From an uncultured Clostridium sp. (GTDB lineage: Bacteria > Bacillota > Clostridia > TANB77 > CAG-508): 64,000 nucleotides of DNA. Where the stretch lies: positions 67,487-131,486 of the forward strand of contig CANOVB010000005.1 in NCBI GenBank assembly GCA_947570695.1, in the 5' to 3' direction. Made by a program: the position numbers and the translations under genes. The notes beneath the pieces were generated by a model. The model was not told the DNA's origin. It worked only from the letters and a program-made list of their open reading frames with translations, and did no database searches. Of this stretch, positions 60,801-64,000 are shown one piece after another. How positions within the stretch are numbered: position 1 is the stretch's first letter; each line of letters begins with the position of its first letter.

Positions 60801-60891
60801 TACTAATTTTTAATGTTGGTTTTGATTTTGATTTTGCTTTAGATTTTGATCCTGCTTTTTTTTCAACTGCTTTTGCGGATTTTGTTACCAT
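57826..60891 (-). CDS. giant (1021 aa) protein: lysine-rich basic N-terminus, ~700-aa hyper-acidic low-complexity (D/E/N/S/I) region, conserved-looking ~180-aa C-terminal globular domain
   Basis: Single long ORF with no internal stops. N-terminus KKAGSKSKAKSKSKPTLKISKKTTAKKTT. C-terminal domain ...ISARFKEAYTLMRVKEKSSIRAAIDLGLDLMFTSNLNPAIITACKNIVELNSYLDCLY. Confidence 0.55.
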   Translation of the reverse strand: MVTKSAKAVEKKAGSKSKAKSKSKPTLKISKKTTAKKTTVDTKKKTTEKVSKPKKENVKIEPEVLPTVSINSAIKHSIIRPDIVKKGNSRKRNLCLNLGKNKETVKEEFKEPVNGVANEKKEVPLQDVPLLVVTPVVSSASTKKDSSINQNATFFYEPSVFKKFDITVTDSENETDDIYTSTIEEVDNIKTDETYDIESEIASAINNVITEIEDNSSDLIEDICSFDDITNDQAEISDNSIINETNSDDVTNIIDTEISDIFNITGEIVEENENSINDGNINSDKIIDISKVKTSIGNDYSPLLGDIDNGLDIVVSEADVDTELEIEKEYDSLIETNSEVEIIDEEVDNLNSSDCAEITNKIDDYSINSEDEVINDVNDYIQNISEINEVSNNIQDETNYESNEISDNTQEDSKTNYEVDKTLGDIQNDSETSYEANEILSDTQEEVIDNIDEVTETSDKVEVQDKDIDLNIYFNNYDILPSENFYEKENSSIENDDYTNGVVLDEAADNIIPFNNIDETSTNLTNKLSFEVAGSINTDVIGFSKPESSKSSTPAFSNIFKKFSFDETNFINSNLNTPFGNSFLQTDVNSLKNDIHNVLNNFEPTAKPLEAIQEVAAANTVAVPEVQVAPSPISDDLSLNDEATYYNNIVVPTKIDNINDDISSLDNEAENVNYIKDIETIAESDIVNDEASSIESIFEEKLSSSECDIDEKMKEELLTEVLSFESSNTLNVSFDLDNTSEKIELESDVENEILTVGAPVEKNINEENGKIQNNSSEDIYNANEEITYCSENLNKEDFGISEEFSEENIDIEIDKETNVQHTDVAEFFNEGNNFDNIDTLNRIDIQNDISSEIDIDNDPASDLFKMMDSLSDIISKLENEEEALVSSIYDCNTLLISEETQKVYLPYTSEEIGEKLNGSEKYKTVDDVIENEYTVPLSVYKNPISARFKEAYTLMRVKEKSSIRAAIDLGLDLMFTSNLNPAIITACKNIVELNSYLDCLYNNETDKFEYFNIVYKISDGN

Positions 60892-61126
60892 TTCATAACC
60901 TCCATATCGACAAAATAATTCAACTTATCTTATGTTTATACAAGACATTATAATATAAGAAGAAAAAAATGTAAATGCATTTTCGAGTAAAAAATATTAA
61001 ATTGTGTTACATTTTTGTTACAAAAATATTAATAAAATTTATACAAAATGTAACATAAAATTTATTGAATGGGCAAATTTACAATGTTATACTCAAACTG
61101 TCAAGTAAGATAAGCAAAAGGAGCGA

Positions 61127-61663
61127 TTGATTATGGCAGATAGTCCAGAAGTAATAGAGGCAAGAGAGAAAAGGGATGATAGAGATTTTTTCTTAAGTAG
61201 AGTTGAAGAAATGCCAAATTTAATTGAGTGGGCAAATGATCAAATACGTGATGATAAAGAAGTTATTATGAAGGCAATTAAATCTGATGGTGGGGCATTG
61301 GAGTTTGCAAGTAATAGGCTTAAAGATGATAAAGAAGTTTTATTAGAAGCAGTTAGCCAGTCAGGATGGACTTGCTGTTATGCTAGTGAAAAGTTGAAGA
61401 CTGATAAAGATGTTCTTTTAACAGCTTCAAAAAATGATGGACAAGTTTTATATTTTGCAAGCAAAGAACTTAGAGATGATAAAGATGTAGTACTTGCTGC
61501 AGTAGAAAATAAACCTATTATTTTAAAATATGCAAGTTTTAGATTAAGAAATGATAAAGAAGTAGCTATAAAAGCTGTTAGTAAAGCTAAGAAAAAAGTT
61601 TGGGATTATATTTCTCCTGAACTTAGAGAAGACGAAGAGATAAAGAAATTGTTAGAAGAATAG
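61127..61663 (+). CDS. DUF4116 repeat protein
   Basis: Five or more tandem ~30-aa repeats of the type DKEV(L/I)LxAVxxxGxxLxYASxxLRDDKEV. Confidence 0.65.
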   Translation: MIMADSPEVIEAREKRDDRDFFLSRVEEMPNLIEWANDQIRDDKEVIMKAIKSDGGALEFASNRLKDDKEVLLEAVSQSGWTCCYASEKLKTDKDVLLTASKNDGQVLYFASKELRDDKDVVLAAVENKPIILKYASFRLRNDKEVAIKAVSKAKKKVWDYISPELREDEEIKKLLEE

Positions 61664-61874
61664 AATAAAAGAGGATATTATAATAATTGTAAAAACAAAA
61701 CTAAATGATAATGATGTCATCTTTGTTGTGTGTGCTGATTTTATTTTATAAAATTGTATACAAATTTTGATGAAGCTTTTTTATAGAAATTGCAGAGCAA
61801 TTTACTATAATATAAAAAAATAGAATAAACCTTTCTTTTTAGAATATATAATTAAAAAGAGAGGTTTTATTTTT

Positions 61875-62144
61875 ATGAGAGATTATAGTAAAGTTAGTAA
61901 GTTTTTAGAAATACCAAGAGAGGTTATAAGTAATATTCCTAAAATTACTATAACTGGTTTTGATGAAATTTTAATAGAAAATTTTAAAGGAATATTAGAA
62001 TATGAAGATTTTTTTGCTAGAATAAGTACAGAAATTGGAAATATAAACATAAATGGGTTCAATTTAAAATTAAATCAAATGACTGATAATGATATTTTAG
62101 TTAGTGGAAAAATTGAAAATATAGATTTTGAAAATGGAAAATAA
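61875..62144 (+). CDS. yqfC: sporulation protein YqfC
   Basis: 89 aa. ITITGFDEILIENFKGILEYED...ILVSGKIENIDF matches YqfC. Followed by yqfD as in Bacillus/Clostridium. Confidence 0.75.
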   Translation: MRDYSKVSKFLEIPREVISNIPKITITGFDEILIENFKGILEYEDFFARISTEIGNININGFNLKLNQMTDNDILVSGKIENIDFENGK

Positions 62145-62154
62145 GGAGTAAATT

Positions 62155-63340
62155 ATGATATTCAAAGTTATATATATGTTTTTTGCTGGCTATGTTAATT
62201 TAGCGATTGAAGGATTTTTTATTGAACGATTTATAAATATTTGTAGAAGCAAAAACATTATTCTTCAAGATTTACATAGAGAAAATAATAGTTACATAAA
62301 GGCTAAAATTTTAAAATCTGATTTTAAAGAGATTAGACATATTGCCAAAAGAACAAAATGTAAAGTAAAAATAGAGAGGAAATTAGGGATCCCATTTTTG
62401 ATTAATAAATATAGAAAAAGAAAGATATTTGCAGTTGCGTTTTTGGTGATTGCAATTTCTATTTTTGCTCTTACAAAGTTTATTTGGAATATAGAAGTTG
62501 TTGGAAATGAAAATATTTCAAGAGAAGAAATCATAAATTTAGTTAGTGAATATGGCATCAAGGTTCGGAAAATTAAAGTCTAATATTAATATAGAAAAAG
62601 CTAGTAATTTAATTAGAATGGAAAGAGATGATTTATCTTGGATAGGAATTAATATAAAAGGGACAAATGCTATAATAACTATTAAAGAATCAATTAAAAT
62701 GCCAGAAATAATAGACAAAAATGAAATTTGCAATATTGTAGCTACAAAAGATGCTTGTATATCAAAATTAGTTGTACAAAATGGTACAGCAAGAGTTAAT
62801 GTTGGAGATGAAGTAAAAAAAGGTGATTTATTAGTGGAAGGAGTTATGGAAAGCGAACTTACAGGAAATAGATTTGTTCATGCAGAAGCTGATGTTTTTG
62901 GAAAAATATATTATCAAAAAGAAAAAAAAGAAACTTTTGTGCAAAATGAAAAAATAAAAACAGGAAATGAGGAACAAAAAAATGAAATTTGTATAAATAA
63001 TTTTAAAATAAATTTTAATAAAGGGGTTTCAAAATTCGAAAATTATGATACAATAACTTCAAGTAAAAAAATCAAGTTATTTTCTAATTTTTATATACCA
63101 ATAGAAATAAAACATATCACTAATGTCGAAATAGAAAATAGAATGAAAACATACTCTGAAGAGGAACTGAAGGAAAAAATACAAAAAGAATTAGAAGAGG
63201 AGTTAGAAAAGGAATATAAAATTTCAGAAATTGATGAGAAAAACAAGAAAAGAGAAGTAATTACAAATACAGAAGATGACGGAATTACTTTAACTTTAAT
63301 GTATGAAATACAAGAAGAAATTGGTATAAAGGCAAATTAG
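62155..63340 (+). pseudogene. yqfD: sporulation protein YqfD interrupted by a +1 frameshift near 62560-62566
   Basis: Two overlapping ORFs in different frames (62155-62583 and 62546-63340) that together equal the ~395-aa YqfD. Frame 1 ends ...VSEYGIK then VRKIKV-stop, while frame 2 continues GKLKSNINIEKASNLIRMERDDLSWIGINIKGTNAIITIKE, which is YqfD-like. Confidence 0.55.
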
Positions 63341-63363
63341 ATTATAGAGGGGATGAGTAAATA

Positions 63364-64000
63364 ATGGTAGAGGAAAGAAGTTTAAAAGTACTTTCAAATG
63401 ATACAACGTTTTTTAATAAGGTTTCAAGAACATTAACAAAACTATTAACACCTACTAAAATAGGTATTAATGGAATGATGATTAATATAAAAAGAAGTTC
63501 TACAATTAAATCATATGAACAATTTAAAAATGCAGAATTAGTAAATGATCTTTCTAAAAAAGAACAATATCAAAATAGATATGAAGAAAGTTATACTTTA
63601 TATTTAGAGGCAATAGATAAACATATTATGGATTCTATTTATAAAAAGGTAAAAAATGATACGGCTTCAAATTTTGAAAAAGAAGCTCTTTCAAATTATT
63701 ATACAATAGTTCATTTAAAGGATAATGAGTATTTAGAATACAAATATAGGAAACAAAAATTTTTATTAGATTTAGATTATGATAGCTTAGTTGCAACTAA
63801 AAAAGAAAAAATATTAAATAAATATACTCCAATATATATTGAAAAATTAGATGTAATTTATAAAGGCTTATTAAAAAATTATTCAGTAAAATTGGCTGAT
63901 GGAATTAAGGCAAAAGTTGTAAATCAACTTGAAATTTATAAAAAAATATTTGAAACTCTTGAAGATTATATAAAAAATATATTACCAATAAAATTAAAAA
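63364..64000 (+). CDS. hypothetical protein, 3' end beyond the window
   Basis: RBS AGAGGGGATGAG. Open frame to the window end. Confidence 0.35.
   Translation, partial: MVEERSLKVLSNDTTFFNKVSRTLTKLLTPTKIGINGMMINIKRSSTIKSYEQFKNAELVNDLSKKEQYQNRYEESYTLYLEAIDKHIMDSIYKKVKNDTASNFEKEALSNYYTIVHLKDNEYLEYKYRKQKFLLDLDYDSLVATKKEKILNKYTPIYIEKLDVIYKGLLKNYSVKLADGIKAKVVNQLEIYKKIFETLEDYIKNILPIKLK

Noticed and set aside
60467-60898. 143-aa plus-strand ORF inside the giant acidic protein gene
   Set aside because: Antisense to a long uninterrupted ORF. Its low-complexity translation is a mirror of the acidic repeats and it has no start context.

Overview
The window is AT-rich (~25-30% GC) chromosomal DNA of a spore-forming Firmicute that looks like Clostridium. 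Most of it is core housekeeping and sporulation content. Recognisable genes are a SpoVB-like flippase, hup, infC-rpmI-rplT, leuS, spoVAC-spoVAD-spoVAEb, class III fbp, a type IV pilus-like pilM/N-pilO-...-pilC cluster, a ROK glucokinase, cadC/cadA, trpS, obg, a cotJC-like gene, a Ser T-box leader followed by a Dcd-DUF1653 fusion, DUF1653 and serS, engB, an XRE regulator, glmS with its ribozyme, hpt, uvrC, an RNA methyltransferase, an RluA-family synthase, a PdaA-like deacetylase, a cluster of GT-C-like membrane proteins, clpB, a giant acidic protein, a DUF4116 protein and yqfC/yqfD. Several unusual things sit on top of this backbone. (1) Three short cassettes have strongly foreign base composition (45-58% GC, E. 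coli-like codon bias), each with its own promoter and GC-rich hairpin terminator, no mobility genes and no recognisable protein homology (14.7-16.8 kb, 28.1-28.6 kb, 31.5-32.8 kb). (2) leuS carries an in-frame insertion that encodes a perfect Nudix box. (3) A seryl T-box leader is separated from serS by an inserted dCTP-deaminase::DUF1653 fusion and a free DUF1653 gene. (4) A tandemly duplicated leader-like module carries an (AC)13 microsatellite inside a His-Thr micro-ORF and two paralogous 34-aa peptide genes. (5) A perfect palindromic MITE-like element occurs at two loci, one of them splitting spoVAC from spoVAD. (6) A mosaic intergenic repeat family occurs at eight or more loci, and two direct copies bracket a three-gene module between hup and infC. 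(7) yqfD is frameshifted. (8) A lone membrane-anchored TraG/VirD4-like ATPase lies convergent to a YhgE/Pip-like protein. No tRNA, rRNA, CRISPR array, integrase or transposase was seen.
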